Below are positions 1 to 9,570 of a stretch of DNA of 64,000 nt, in pieces. Where the stretch lies: positions 2,176,001 through 2,240,000 of the forward strand of contig OZ245015.1 of NCBI GenBank assembly GCA_965223705.1, written 5' to 3'. Positions within the stretch are counted from its first letter, which is position 1; each line of letters opens with the position of its first letter. The position numbers and the translations under genes were made by a program. A model generated the notes under the pieces. It saw nothing but the letters and a program-made list of their open reading frames with translations, did not search any database and was not told the DNA's origin. Origin of the DNA: Myxococcota bacterium. GTDB lineage: Bacteria; Myxococcota_A; UBA9160; UBA6930.

Positions 1-2
1 GC

Positions 3-1301
3 AGCACGACCGAATGGGGACATATCGCGGATGTCCTCCAGCGGGTCGCGCTCTCGCGGCCGAACGTCCACTTCGACGTCGTTCGCGACGGTCGGCCCGT
101 GTACCAGTGGCCGATGGCCCACGACGCAGCAGACCGCGTCGCCGTCGTCCTGAACGAGCGGGATGCTGCGGCGCTCGTTCCCGTCGCGTCGGAACTGGGA
201 GCCTACGGCGTGCGCGGCTATGCCTCGCGTCCCGACGTGCACCGGGGGACGGCGGCGGGGGTGCACTGTTTCGTCAACGGCCGTCCCGTGCGGGACCGTG
301 TCCTGCGCAGCGCGGTGGTCAGCGCGTACCGAGACTGGTTGCCGCGGGGTCGCTACCCCACCGTCGTTCTGTACTTCGACGTCCCGACGGACATGGTCGA
401 CGTGAACGTGCACCCGGCGAAATCCGAGGTTCGCTTCGCCGATCCGCAGTCGATCCATCGCCTGACCCGCACGGCGCTGCGGGACGCGGTGGCGCGCCGA
501 TCCTGGTTCCGGGAACCGAGCCCGGACGCGCGCCCTGAAGCGTCGCTGGGGAGTGAGCGCGCCGGGACATCCCCGCCCACCGGAGCGGCTCGCCGGATCC
601 CCGAGGAGCGCGGCGGCGAAGCGCAGAGCGACGCGGCGGCGAGCGATTGGCTTTTTGCCGATCGGATTTCCGAGGCGCCGAGCGAGACACCCGACGCCCC
701 GGTGCGCTTCGGCGAGTTGCGCTGCCTCGGCCAAGTGATGAGCACGTATCTGGTGCTGGAAGAGAAGGGTGCGCTGTTCCTGGTCGATCAGCACGCCGCG
801 CACGAGCGCGTTCTGTACGAACGTCTGCGGGGCGGCTGGCTCGAGCGCGGCGTACCGCGACAGACGCTCCTGCTCTCGGTGCAGGTCGAGCTCGAACCGC
901 CCGTCCTCGCTGCGATGGAAGATCAAGCGAGCGCGATCGAGCGACTCGGTTTCGAGATCGAGCGCTTCGGTGAAAGCGGCGTTCTGGTGCGCGCGATTCC
1001 GGCGGTCTTGGCGGATCGCGATCCCGCGCGCCTCGTCCGGCGGTTGGGCGAAGCATTGGTGGTCGGGTTGGACGCCGGCGAGTTCGCTCTCTTACGCGCG
1101 CTCGATCCGCTCGATCGGCTGGCCGCGACGGTCGCGTGCCACGGTGCGACCCGGGCAGGCGATCCGTTGGCGCCGATGGAGCAGGAAGCCCTGTTGCGAG
1201 AACTCGACGAGATTCCGTGGGCTCCGACGTGTCCCCACGGCCGGCCGGTCGCCGTGCCGATTTCCCAGGCCGAGATCGAAGGGCGCTTCGGACGGCGCTA
1301 G
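3..1301 (+). CDS. mutL: DNA mismatch repair endonuclease MutL (5'-truncated by window edge)
   Basis: Frame open from base 3 (STTEWGHIADVLQRVALSRP); FVNGRPV, DVNVHPAKSEVRF, endonuclease motif DQHAAHERVLYE, ACH and CPHGRP. Confidence 0.97.
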   Translation, partial: STTEWGHIADVLQRVALSRPNVHFDVVRDGRPVYQWPMAHDAADRVAVVLNERDAAALVPVASELGAYGVRGYASRPDVHRGTAAGVHCFVNGRPVRDRVLRSAVVSAYRDWLPRGRYPTVVLYFDVPTDMVDVNVHPAKSEVRFADPQSIHRLTRTALRDAVARRSWFREPSPDARPEASLGSERAGTSPPTGAARRIPEERGGEAQSDAAASDWLFADRISEAPSETPDAPVRFGELRCLGQVMSTYLVLEEKGALFLVDQHAAHERVLYERLRGGWLERGVPRQTLLLSVQVELEPPVLAAMEDQASAIERLGFEIERFGESGVLVRAIPAVLADRDPARLVRRLGEALVVGLDAGEFALLRALDPLDRLAATVACHGATRAGDPLAPMEQEALLRELDEIPWAPTCPHGRPVAVPISQAEIEGRFGRR

Positions 1302-1310
1302 CGTTTCGGT

Positions 1311-2258
1311 ATGGCGGAAACGCTCACCCCGCAGATCCCGGTCGTCGTCGTCGCTGGACCGACGGCCGCCGGCAAAACCGATCTCGCGATTTCTCTGGCC
1401 GAGGAGTTCGGCGGCGAGATCGTGAACGCGGACTCGATGCAGGTGTACCGCTATCTCGACATCGGCACCGCGAAGCCGAGCACGGCTCAGCGCGCGCGCG
1501 TTTCACATCATCTCCTCGACTACGTCGCGCCCGACGACGCCTTCAACGCCGGACGCTACGCCCGCGAGGCGGCGCGCGTGGTCGGCGAGGTCCACGCCCG
1601 CGGCGCACACGTGTTTCTGACGGGCGGCACCGGACTCTACATTCGAGCGTTCCTCGAGGGGCTCCTCGAGAGCCCGGGGAAGGACGACGCGTTCCGCGCG
1701 CGACTCGAACGCGAGCACCGCGAAGCGGTGGCCGAGGGAGATCCCGAGCTTCTCCACCGTCGGCTCGCCACCGTCGACCGACAAGCAGCGCTGCGCATCC
1801 ACCCGCACGACGTCTACCGAACCATGCGCGCCCTCGAACTGCACCACACGACCGGTGCGCCCGCTTCGCTCTTGCGAGAGCGGCACCCGTCCGGTCGCGG
1901 GCGCTACCGGGTGCTGTATCTGGTGGTCGATCGCGAACGGGAAGTGCTCGCGGAACGGATCGAGAAGCGCTGCGACGCGATGATCGAGCGCGGCTTGCTG
2001 CGAGAGGTCCGCGAGCTCCGCGATCGTGGCTACGGGCCCGAACTCCCGTGTATGCGCGCGATCGGTTATCGCCACATGCAGCCGGTCCTCGACGGCCAGG
2101 AAACGCTGGCCGGCGTCCGAACCGCGATGGTGCGCGACACGAAACAATACGCGCGGCGACAGCGGACCTGGTTTCGACGGGTCGACGGAGCGGTCTGGAT
2201 CGGAACCGAGCAGACGCGTGGCGTCCGCGACCGCGTGGCAGCCTTTCTCGCGGCCTGA
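1311..2258 (+). CDS. miaA: tRNA dimethylallyltransferase
   Basis: GPTAAGKT P-loop, DSMQVYR, DIGTAKP, GGTGLY, AIGY, TKQYARRQRTWF; follows mutL. Confidence 0.97.
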   Translation: MAETLTPQIPVVVVAGPTAAGKTDLAISLAEEFGGEIVNADSMQVYRYLDIGTAKPSTAQRARVSHHLLDYVAPDDAFNAGRYAREAARVVGEVHARGAHVFLTGGTGLYIRAFLEGLLESPGKDDAFRARLEREHREAVAEGDPELLHRRLATVDRQAALRIHPHDVYRTMRALELHHTTGAPASLLRERHPSGRGRYRVLYLVVDREREVLAERIEKRCDAMIERGLLREVRELRDRGYGPELPCMRAIGYRHMQPVLDGQETLAGVRTAMVRDTKQYARRQRTWFRRVDGAVWIGTEQTRGVRDRVAAFLAA

Positions 2259-3637
2259 TGCGAAACGAACCGACGTCCTTCCGAGCGCCGATCGTCGCGA
2301 TCGTCGGCCGACCCAACGTGGGTAAGTCGACGCTGTTCAACCGCTACGCGGGCGCGCCGCGCGCCCTCGTCGCGGATCGACCCGGAATCACACGCGATCG
2401 CATCGCGGCGGAAGTCGAAGTCGCTTCGCGGCGCGTCCTGCTCGTCGACACGGCCGGGCTCGACGCCGACGCCGACACCGCGATCGGGCGAGCCGTACAA
2501 CAGCAGGCGCGCTCCGCCGTAGATGAGGCGGACGCGATCCTGTTCGTTGTTGACGGGCAGTCGGGCCTCAACCCGGATGACCGCACGATTGCCGAAGAAC
2601 TCCGACGTACGTCGAAGCCCCTCGCTGTGGCGGTCAACAAAGTCGATGCGCCCGTCCACGAAGACCGTGTGCTCGATTTCTACCAGCTCGGTTTGGAACC
2701 CCTCGCCGCGGTCTCCGCGGAGCACGGACGCGGCGCGTGGGATCTGCTGGAAGATCTGTGTTCCCGTCTGCCCGAAGAAGTCGAAGAGGACGAGCACGTC
2801 GAGCAGGCGATCCGTGTCGCCATCGTCGGGCGGCCGAACGCGGGGAAGAGCTCCCTTACGAATTGCCTCGCCGGCCACGAGCGCGTCGCCGTCTCGGAAG
2901 AAGCCGGCACCACGCGCGACGCGGTAGACGTTCTGGTCGAGCGAGGTGGGCGTCGCTTTTTGTTCGTCGACACCGCAGGCCTCAGGCGACCGGGGCGGCG
3001 AGATCGCGAAGTCGAGCGGGGGAGTGCGGTGATGACCCTGCGCTCGCTCGCCCGGGCCCACGTCGCGCTCGTCTTGTTCGATGCGGCCGCCGGAATCACC
3101 GACCAAGACGTGCGCGTCCTGGGTTTGGCGAGAGAACGCGGCTGTGCGGTCGGGCTCTTGCTGAACAAGTGGGACCTCGTCGCCGAAGCGACGGATCGCG
3201 AGAAAGGACGAATCGCGGACGAACTCGATCGTCGGCTTCGTCCTTTTGGCGAGCATCCGACGCTGCGGGTTTCCGCGCTGACGGGGAAGGGGGTCCGGCG
3301 GATCTGGCCGATGATCGAAGAGCTCGCTGCGTCCGCCTCGCGGCGCATTCCCACGGCGGAGCTCAACCGGTGGCTCGCCGACTGCGTGAGTCGCCACGAG
3401 CCTGCGATGGCGCAGCGGGGCTCGAGACGTCGACCTCTCAAGTTCTTCTACGCGACGCAGGTGGGTATCCACCCGCCTCGTATCGCGCTCTTCTGTACCG
3501 AACCCGAGGCGGTCAAGGACAGCTACGTGCGCTTCCTCGAGAACCGGTTTCGCGAGGATTTCGGCCTCACTGGAGTACCGATTCGGCTGCGGCTTCGCGC
3601 TCGGCGCGCCGATAAGGAGCCGGACGCGCGGATTTGA
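2258..3637 (+). CDS. der: Ribosome biogenesis GTPase Der (EngA)
   Basis: Two GTPase domains (GRPNVGKS/DTAG/NKVD and GRPNAGKS/DTAG/NKWD) plus KH-like tail; ATG overlaps miaA stop (TGATG). Confidence 0.97.
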   Translation: MRNEPTSFRAPIVAIVGRPNVGKSTLFNRYAGAPRALVADRPGITRDRIAAEVEVASRRVLLVDTAGLDADADTAIGRAVQQQARSAVDEADAILFVVDGQSGLNPDDRTIAEELRRTSKPLAVAVNKVDAPVHEDRVLDFYQLGLEPLAAVSAEHGRGAWDLLEDLCSRLPEEVEEDEHVEQAIRVAIVGRPNAGKSSLTNCLAGHERVAVSEEAGTTRDAVDVLVERGGRRFLFVDTAGLRRPGRRDREVERGSAVMTLRSLARAHVALVLFDAAAGITDQDVRVLGLARERGCAVGLLLNKWDLVAEATDREKGRIADELDRRLRPFGEHPTLRVSALTGKGVRRIWPMIEELAASASRRIPTAELNRWLADCVSRHEPAMAQRGSRRRPLKFFYATQVGIHPPRIALFCTEPEAVKDSYVRFLENRFREDFGLTGVPIRLRLRARRADKEPDARI

Positions 3638-3685
3638 CTCTGCTGGTTACACTCTGCGCGCGTTTGGCTTAGTGGAGGTCAGGGT

Positions 3686-4459
3686 TTGGCGAAGAAGCGG
3701 AACGAATCGGCGCCGGCGTCGGAGACGCTCGAAGAGATCGAATCCGTCTTCGATCGCGTGGCGAACTGGGTGAGTTCCAACCCAATCATGTTTCTGCTGG
3801 CGATCGGTGGCGTGTTGGCCGTTGCGGCGGGCTACGGGTTCTTTGAGCAGAGCCGCCACAGTCGGGCACTCGAAGCTTCCGAGGCTGTGGCGAGCGCGCA
3901 GCACGATTATTTTCAGGCGAGTGGCTCTGCGCCCGGAGCTTTCGTTGAGACGGAGCCTGCCAACCCCGAGGCTGCGAAAGAGCTTCGCGAGCGATACCTC
4001 GAGCAGTTTCTCGCGCTGGCTGAGGAACACTCCGGTTCGATTGCCGGAATGCAAGCCGGGTTCGAGGCCGCCGACATCGCCGCGAGGCTCGAAGGGCCCG
4101 AGGCAGCGCTCGAGCTGCTGCGAAAAGCACGGGCCGAGGTGCCCCGCGGTTCTGCGTTCGAGGGCGTCGCCGCTCTTCGCATTGCGACGGCCCTGGAATC
4201 ACTCGGTCGTTGGAAAGAGGCGGGCGATATGTACGCCGAAGCCGCCGACGTTCCGGGCTTTCCCGGGCGCGCCCACGCCTTGGCCGAGGCCGCGCGCTGC
4301 ATGCTCGAAGCCGGGGACGAGCCGGGCGCTCGCGCCCTGTACTCGACCCTCGGTGCGGAGGCACCGGATCATCCGTTGGCACCATACATCCAGGCGCGCT
4401 TGGATCGCCTCGTAGAGCCCATGGATACCGCTTCGCAGGAGGCGGAAGTCATCGAGTAG
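3686..4459 (+). CDS. YfgM-like membrane-anchored TPR protein
   Basis: N-terminal TM helix then helical TPR-like repeats; adjacent to der; TTG start after GGAGG. Confidence 0.65.
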   Translation: MAKKRNESAPASETLEEIESVFDRVANWVSSNPIMFLLAIGGVLAVAAGYGFFEQSRHSRALEASEAVASAQHDYFQASGSAPGAFVETEPANPEAAKELRERYLEQFLALAEEHSGSIAGMQAGFEAADIAARLEGPEAALELLRKARAEVPRGSAFEGVAALRIATALESLGRWKEAGDMYAEAADVPGFPGRAHALAEAARCMLEAGDEPGARALYSTLGAEAPDHPLAPYIQARLDRLVEPMDTASQEAEVIE

Positions 4460-4464
4460 ACGCG

Positions 4465-7400
4465 CTACGGCGTGCCGACGACGACCAGCTCGACGCTACG
4501 CGCGCTGCCCGACGCGCCCGTTCCACCGATCCCGCCGTACGGCACCGCGCGAAGGCGGTACCGGCCTGGACCGAGCGACAAAATCTGGTATTCGCCGTCA
4601 CGATCGCCGGCGGCGGCAAACGGCGCCGCGTTTTCGACCCGGAAGGATGTCTGCGAGCCCAGCTCGAAGCGAACGCTCGCCACACCCGCGGTCGTATCCG
4701 CGCGCACGTTCATACAGTTCCCGATGCGCCCGAGGTCGATGGTCTCACGCGACCCCAACGCGTACAGATCTCGGTCGAGGCAGGCGTCGACGAGCACGAG
4801 TTGTGTGACCGCCAGGCCGTCAGCAACGGTCGCCGGAGGGGGAGCCGCCACCGGCGGTGGCGATGCGCTCGGGGAAGCGAAGTTCGCCGCGTCGCGGTTC
4901 CTGACGATCGCGACCCAGTCGAGATGCCCCGAATGCGGAGGTTGTCCCAGATCTCGCCGACCGCCGCCTTCGACCGAGCCGATCGATCCCGTCGCCAGTG
5001 CGCCGCCATTGCGCGGGTTGTACCAGCGAACGTCGAACGTGCCGCTGTAGCCCGAGAGATTGAGGAGCGTTGCGCCACCCCGCGGCCGGTAGATCGCATA
5101 GACCTCGCCGGGATTCGCAAAGACGTAGTCGTCGCCGGAGGGCGTCAGGGAATCCGCGTGGGTCATGCGCCAGAACGGAAGTTCGCGCTGGAAGAACTCG
5201 AGCGCGTACCGCGTCTGCTGCCACATGTTGCGTCGGCTCCGGAAGTCTTCCGCGTCGACGTCGCCATGTTCGTGGTCGTACCCGAAGTACCACTCGACGC
5301 CGGCGCCGCCGGCCATGAACGTCCCCCAGAGTGCGCGATGTCGGACCGCGTCGTGGAGCGGGTCCACGCGATCTGGAACGACGCCGAGGTTGGCCGGACC
5401 CACCTCGTCGACCGAGACCACCCAGCGATGTGCGGAGCCTCGCGAGCGATCGACCCAGCGGGTGACCGTTCGATGGACTTCGTCGCGGTGTGCCTGGATG
5501 GACGGGCCGGCCACGGTCGACAGGCCCAGGAGTCGGCCGTAGATCGCGTCGCGCTGGAAGGGATAGGTGTGCACGACCGTCGGGTGGTCATACGGGTCGA
5601 CCGTGCGGAAGTAGTTCGCGAAAGCGACGCGTTGATCGTGCGTGTTGGTGTTTTCTTCGCCGAGATTCCAGATGACGCCCAGATGGTGGCCGAACCGCGC
5701 GATCAATTCGCGGTAGTAGATCCGCCGCTCGGCGCCGAGGTTCCCGCCATCGAGTAGTTGGTCGTTCTCCTGTTCCTGCGTAACGACATGCATCGCCAGC
5801 CCGAGCCGATCCATGTGCTCGAACACGATCTCCCATTGATCGAGTTTGCTCGCGTCGTAGCGATCGCGCCGGTTCTCGGCGATCCACGGGTGAAGGTCGT
5901 TCCCGTCACCATTGACGTTCATGGTGAGGAAGTAGACGGAGTTCATCCCCTCGGCGGCGAGATAGTTGAGGGCTCCGATGATTCCTCGGCCCTTGTTTCC
6001 CTGCCAAAGCGGATCGCCGCTACGCCAGTCTCTGACGTGCGGGTTGAAGCGATGCAAACCGTTCGTGAGCCGCGCGCTGCGGCCCCCTCGATCGCGGGTG
6101 TTGTCGAACTCGAAGTAGGCGAGAAGGTTTTCGGGCGAGCCGGCGCCGCCTTTGAGGAAATACTCGCCGGTTTCGCCGAAGCGGTAGTAACCGTCTCGCG
6201 TGTCGGTGAGGCGACCGGTCGCGTAAAAACCCGGCGCCGAGGCGTCGGCTTCGCCGACGTGGAAGCGTCCCGTTGCGCCATGGAAGCTCGTGGGAGCACC
6301 GTTTCCCGACACCGCGACGTTCGAGCCGGTCCGGAAGTCAGCGCGGTACGTGAACGGGCCGGAAACGGGCGGGGCCAAGTGGGCGCGCCAAACCTGCCCA
6401 CGCGACGCGGACGTGTGTGCCGCGTTCCCGTCGGCCGCGAAATACCCGGGCACCACCCACCGTCGGCCGCTCGCCTCATGGGTGAACGTGACGTCGAGGC
6501 GGTAGTCCCGGAAGGGGTTGGGCGACGACAGCTCGTCGACCTCGGGTCCCGCGAAGGAAACGGTGACCTTGTGCCACTTCCGGAGTTCGCCGCTCACTTG
6601 GCCGCTTGCTGCGGCAGGTGCTGGTCTCGGTTCCGGAGCGGGCGCTGGCGGCACGGAGGGCGTGGGGGGAGGCGGCGGCGCCGGCGGTCCCGCAGGCGGC
6701 GGCGCAGGCGGTCCCGCAGCGACCGAGCCGCGCACCGTAATTTGCGCGGTCAGCGGCGTGCCGCTTTGACCTTGGCCGTTTGGCCTATTGAAGGGCGTCG
6801 CGCGTACCCGGTACGTGCCGGAGCGCGCTCCCCAGGCGAAAAAGTTGCCCGCGGAATCACCGGCGAGGGCGTACGGAGCGACGTTCTCCACGCGGACCGA
6901 CGGGTCGGGGCCTTCGATTTCGAACCGAACGCTCGCGACGTCTGCCGTCGCGTCGGCGCGGATGCTGATACACCGCGATGTGTCGAGGGTGTCCCTCGAC
7001 GCGAGCACGCGAAGGTCGGTCGAGGATCCGCAGGCGTTGACGAGAACGAATCGCAGGATCCGCGCACCGATGGTGGGGGTCGGTGGGCTCGGTCTCGGCG
7101 TGGGCACAACGGGAGCGGGTTGGGTCGGCGGTGGCGGCGTGGATGCTGGGGGGCGCACGGTGATTTGACGGACGAGGCCGGCTCCCGCGCGCCCCGTGCC
7201 ATTCGGGCCCATGAACGGAACGGCCGTGATGCGGTACGTCCCCGGGCGGACCCCCCATTCAAAGTAGTCGCCGCCCGAATCACCGGCGAAGGCAAAGGGC
7301 GCGACGTTCTCGATACGAATCGACGGGTCCGGTCCTTCGATTTCGAAACGCACGCTGTCGACGGAACCGGCAACGTCTGCGCGCACGTTCATGCAATCGG

Positions 7401-7590
7401 CTGTGCCGATCGAGTCGGAGGCCTGAAGCGGGCGCAGATCGGCGTCGTTGCAGGCATTGACGAGTACCAGCCGTACGATGCGCGTCCCAGGCGGAGCGGT
7501 CGCGGGCGGGAGTGCCGACAAGGCCGGCAGAGCCCATGCCGACACGGCGAAGAAAAGAAGGCAAACCAATGCCTTGCGGCGTACTTCCAT
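4465..7590 (-). CDS. Large secreted DUF5060/glycoside-hydrolase-like protein with three repeated Ig-like domains and Pro-rich linkers
   Basis: Signal peptide from ATG 7590 (MEVRRKALVCLLFF...); GELRKWHKVTVSFAGP...NPFRDYRL..F...PGYFAADG; TIM-barrel-like core (WNLGEEN); C-terminal WYNPRNGG; three copies of an LVLVxAC...ENxAP...G.Y domain. Confidence 0.75.
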   Translation of the reverse strand: MEVRRKALVCLLFFAVSAWALPALSALPPATAPPGTRIVRLVLVNACNDADLRPLQASDSIGTADCMNVRADVAGSVDSVRFEIEGPDPSIRIENVAPFAFAGDSGGDYFEWGVRPGTYRITAVPFMGPNGTGRAGAGLVRQITVRPPASTPPPPTQPAPVVPTPRPSPPTPTIGARILRFVLVNACGSSTDLRVLASRDTLDTSRCISIRADATADVASVRFEIEGPDPSVRVENVAPYALAGDSAGNFFAWGARSGTYRVRATPFNRPNGQGQSGTPLTAQITVRGSVAAGPPAPPPAGPPAPPPPPTPSVPPAPAPEPRPAPAAASGQVSGELRKWHKVTVSFAGPEVDELSSPNPFRDYRLDVTFTHEASGRRWVVPGYFAADGNAAHTSASRGQVWRAHLAPPVSGPFTYRADFRTGSNVAVSGNGAPTSFHGATGRFHVGEADASAPGFYATGRLTDTRDGYYRFGETGEYFLKGGAGSPENLLAYFEFDNTRDRGGRSARLTNGLHRFNPHVRDWRSGDPLWQGNKGRGIIGALNYLAAEGMNSVYFLTMNVNGDGNDLHPWIAENRRDRYDASKLDQWEIVFEHMDRLGLAMHVVTQEQENDQLLDGGNLGAERRIYYRELIARFGHHLGVIWNLGEENTNTHDQRVAFANYFRTVDPYDHPTVVHTYPFQRDAIYGRLLGLSTVAGPSIQAHRDEVHRTVTRWVDRSRGSAHRWVVSVDEVGPANLGVVPDRVDPLHDAVRHRALWGTFMAGGAGVEWYFGYDHEHGDVDAEDFRSRRNMWQQTRYALEFFQRELPFWRMTHADSLTPSGDDYVFANPGEVYAIYRPRGGATLLNLSGYSGTFDVRWYNPRNGGALATGSIGSVEGGGRRDLGQPPHSGHLDWVAIVRNRDAANFASPSASPPPVAAPPPATVADGLAVTQLVLVDACLDRDLYALGSRETIDLGRIGNCMNVRADTTAGVASVRFELGSQTSFRVENAAPFAAAGDRDGEYQILSLGPGRYRLRAVPYGGIGGTGASGSARSVELVVVGTP

Positions 7591-7822
7591 GATCTCTCTT
7601 GTACTTCGGTTCGGCGGTGGATGCGCCATTAATTGGCAGGGGACCACAGCGAGTTCCGTAACGTTGCGCATTAAACACGGTTTTGCCGGGGGCCGTTGTG
7701 ACGACTCTCACGATTTAAAAAATGGTTTCGATTTTAATGTCCGATAAGATATATTATGTCAAATAAATGCGCGTCTCATGTCGAGGTGGCGCCCGCCCTC
7801 GGTTCCGTGACAGCATGGCCCC

Positions 7823-8251
7823 GTGAAATTCGTCGAAGTGCGCCGAACGATCAGCGCTCCGACCGATGTGGTGTGGGCGATCCTGACGGATGCGAAACGG
7901 CTTCAGGCCGAGAATCTGGGCATCGTGAAGATCGAAGGCGACATCGCAGACGGCGCGCAGATCAAGCTCTGGGCGGAAGTGAGTCCGGATCGCCCTTTTC
8001 GGCTGACCGTCTCCGAATGGGTGCCGGAAAGGCGCATGGTCTGGATCGGGGGCATGCCCCTGGGCCTTTTCCGAGGAGAGCGCGAGTTCAATCTGGCGGC
8101 GGTTGATGACGACCGGACAGACCTTCACATCCGCGAGGAATTCACCGGGCTGCTCTCGGGTCTCATTTGGAAGGCCATGCCCGATCTCAATCCGTCGTTC
8201 GCGCAGTTCGCCGATGGGGTAAAAGCGGCTGCCGAGGCCGGCGCAAACTAA
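7823..8251 (+). CDS. SRPBCC/polyketide cyclase family protein
   Basis: RTISAPTDVVWAILTD, WIGGMPLGLFRGER, EEFTGLL pattern. Confidence 0.8.
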   Translation: MKFVEVRRTISAPTDVVWAILTDAKRLQAENLGIVKIEGDIADGAQIKLWAEVSPDRPFRLTVSEWVPERRMVWIGGMPLGLFRGEREFNLAAVDDDRTDLHIREEFTGLLSGLIWKAMPDLNPSFAQFADGVKAAAEAGAN

Positions 8252-8254
8252 ACG

Positions 8255-8290
8255 AAAAAAGCCGCGTCTCGGTGGCCCGAGACGCGGCTT
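8255..8290 (-). terminator. Rho-independent terminator of the PEP-CTERM gene 8312-8896 (hairpin possibly bidirectional)
   Basis: 14-bp stem aagccgcgtctcgg/ccgagacgcggctt, 4-nt loop, U-tract on minus strand; lies between convergent genes. Confidence 0.85.
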
Positions 8291-8311
8291 GGGGCTCGTC
8301 GCGCTCTGCGG

Positions 8312-8896
8312 CTAGCGGCGGCGCTGGCGGCGGAACACGGCCGCGGTGCCGATCGCGAAGAGGAGCGCCGCGCCCGGCTCCGGAACCGGAGCCTGCTCGC
8401 GGTGGGCCCAGAGCTTCGCGTCCAGGTCGAGGATCTGGAGGTCTCGGTTGTCGCCGAGCCACGTCCACATGCGGAGCGTGTCGTCGTCGTCGAAGCGGGC
8501 GTGGAAGACGCAGTCGCCCTTCGCGCCGGCGACGCTGCAGTCGATGTCCTTGCCGGCGAAGGTGCCGTAGATCGAGCTGGCTTCGTACTTGTCGCCCGTC
8601 CACTGGATGCCGTCGAAGTGGATATCGACGTTCACGAGGCCCGTGCCTGCGATGTCGAGCACGTCGCCGACCAGGTGGGCGTCGCCGCCCGAGATCGTGA
8701 GCTGCAGATCAGCAGGAGCTTGTTCAGCGGTGTACTGGTAGACGGTGCCGTCGACTCGGGCGGCTAGGCCGTAGTCACCCCAGCGGTCGGTGATCGAGAA
8801 GGTTCCGTCGAGCGGTAGCGCCGTGGCGGCGCCACCCGAGAGGCCCATCCAGGCGACGAAGGCCAACAGGCCGAGAAGTCGAATTCCGTACCGCAT
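8312..8896 (-). CDS. PEP-CTERM sorting domain protein
   Basis: Signal peptide; C-terminal VPEPGAALLFAIGTAAVFRRQRRR; AAGGAG RBS. Confidence 0.9.
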   Translation of the reverse strand: MRYGIRLLGLLAFVAWMGLSGGAATALPLDGTFSITDRWGDYGLAARVDGTVYQYTAEQAPADLQLTISGGDAHLVGDVLDIAGTGLVNVDIHFDGIQWTGDKYEASSIYGTFAGKDIDCSVAGAKGDCVFHARFDDDDTLRMWTWLGDNRDLQILDLDAKLWAHREQAPVPEPGAALLFAIGTAAVFRRQRRR

Positions 8897-9011
8897 GTTG
8901 CAGAGCTCCTTCCGAAGACCGACGAAACGCTTCGTCGGTGAGAGATTCGGAGGTGTGTTCCGTTACAGGCGCGGTAGGTGACGGATTAAATAGTCAATAA
9001 AATTTGTGTAT

Positions 9012-9233
9012 TTATGATGATCGTCGGCGAAATCGCTTGAGGCTTGCGCTGATCAAGAGAGCGGATCCGAAGAGAACCGCGGCGCCGGGTTCCGGCATGT
9101 GCGGCCCGGGTGCCGGGTCCGACTGGAGACTCGTTTGCACCGCCACCTCGGAGGTCGTCTCCATCGGATTCGCGGAGGAACCGCCGCTGCAGCTGGTGAA
9201 CCACTCGATGATGACGGTGTCGCACATTGCCAT
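9012..9233 (-). CDS. Very small PEP-CTERM-like protein (73 aa)
   Basis: GGGAGAG RBS before ATG; ends MPEPGAAVLFGSALLISASLKRFRRRSS; sigma54-like promoter upstream. Confidence 0.7.
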   Translation of the reverse strand: MAMCDTVIIEWFTSCSGGSSANPMETTSEVAVQTSLQSDPAPGPHMPEPGAAVLFGSALLISASLKRFRRRSS

Positions 9234-9274
9234 GGCCAACTCTCCCGAAGCGCGCGTGGGCGCGAGCCCTGGAG

Positions 9275-9291
9275 TGCAAAGGTGGGGCCAA
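9275..9291 (-). promoter_or_regulatory. Sigma54 (-24/-12) promoter candidate
   Basis: Minus strand TTGGCCCCACCTTTGCA = GG-N10-GC, ~40 nt upstream of the ATG at 9233. Confidence 0.6.
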
Positions 9292-9570
9292 CGGCACCCG
9301 TTCGGCAGTGCCCTGGCAACGCTCGCAGCAAGAATATTGAAATGACTCCAAAACCCGTCGGGAAGGCGTCCAGAGGCCCTCTAGCGCAGTTTGCGGGTAG
9401 ATTGACAACCGAATGTCCGTTTGAAAGCCGTTTGCGGGCCGTCCAGACTTTGCTATAGGCGTGCGTGTCCCCCTGGGTTTTCCTCCGATGGTGCTGAATC
9501 GACAAACCCCGTGTCGATTGCCCGGGCCCTGCCCGCTCGGGAAAGCTGATGTGACGCGGAGACACGAGAC

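Noticed and set aside
1136..2257. N-terminal extension of the 833-aa ORF ahead of Der
   Set aside because: Arg-rich off-frame shadow of mutL/miaA; true start is the ATG at 2258
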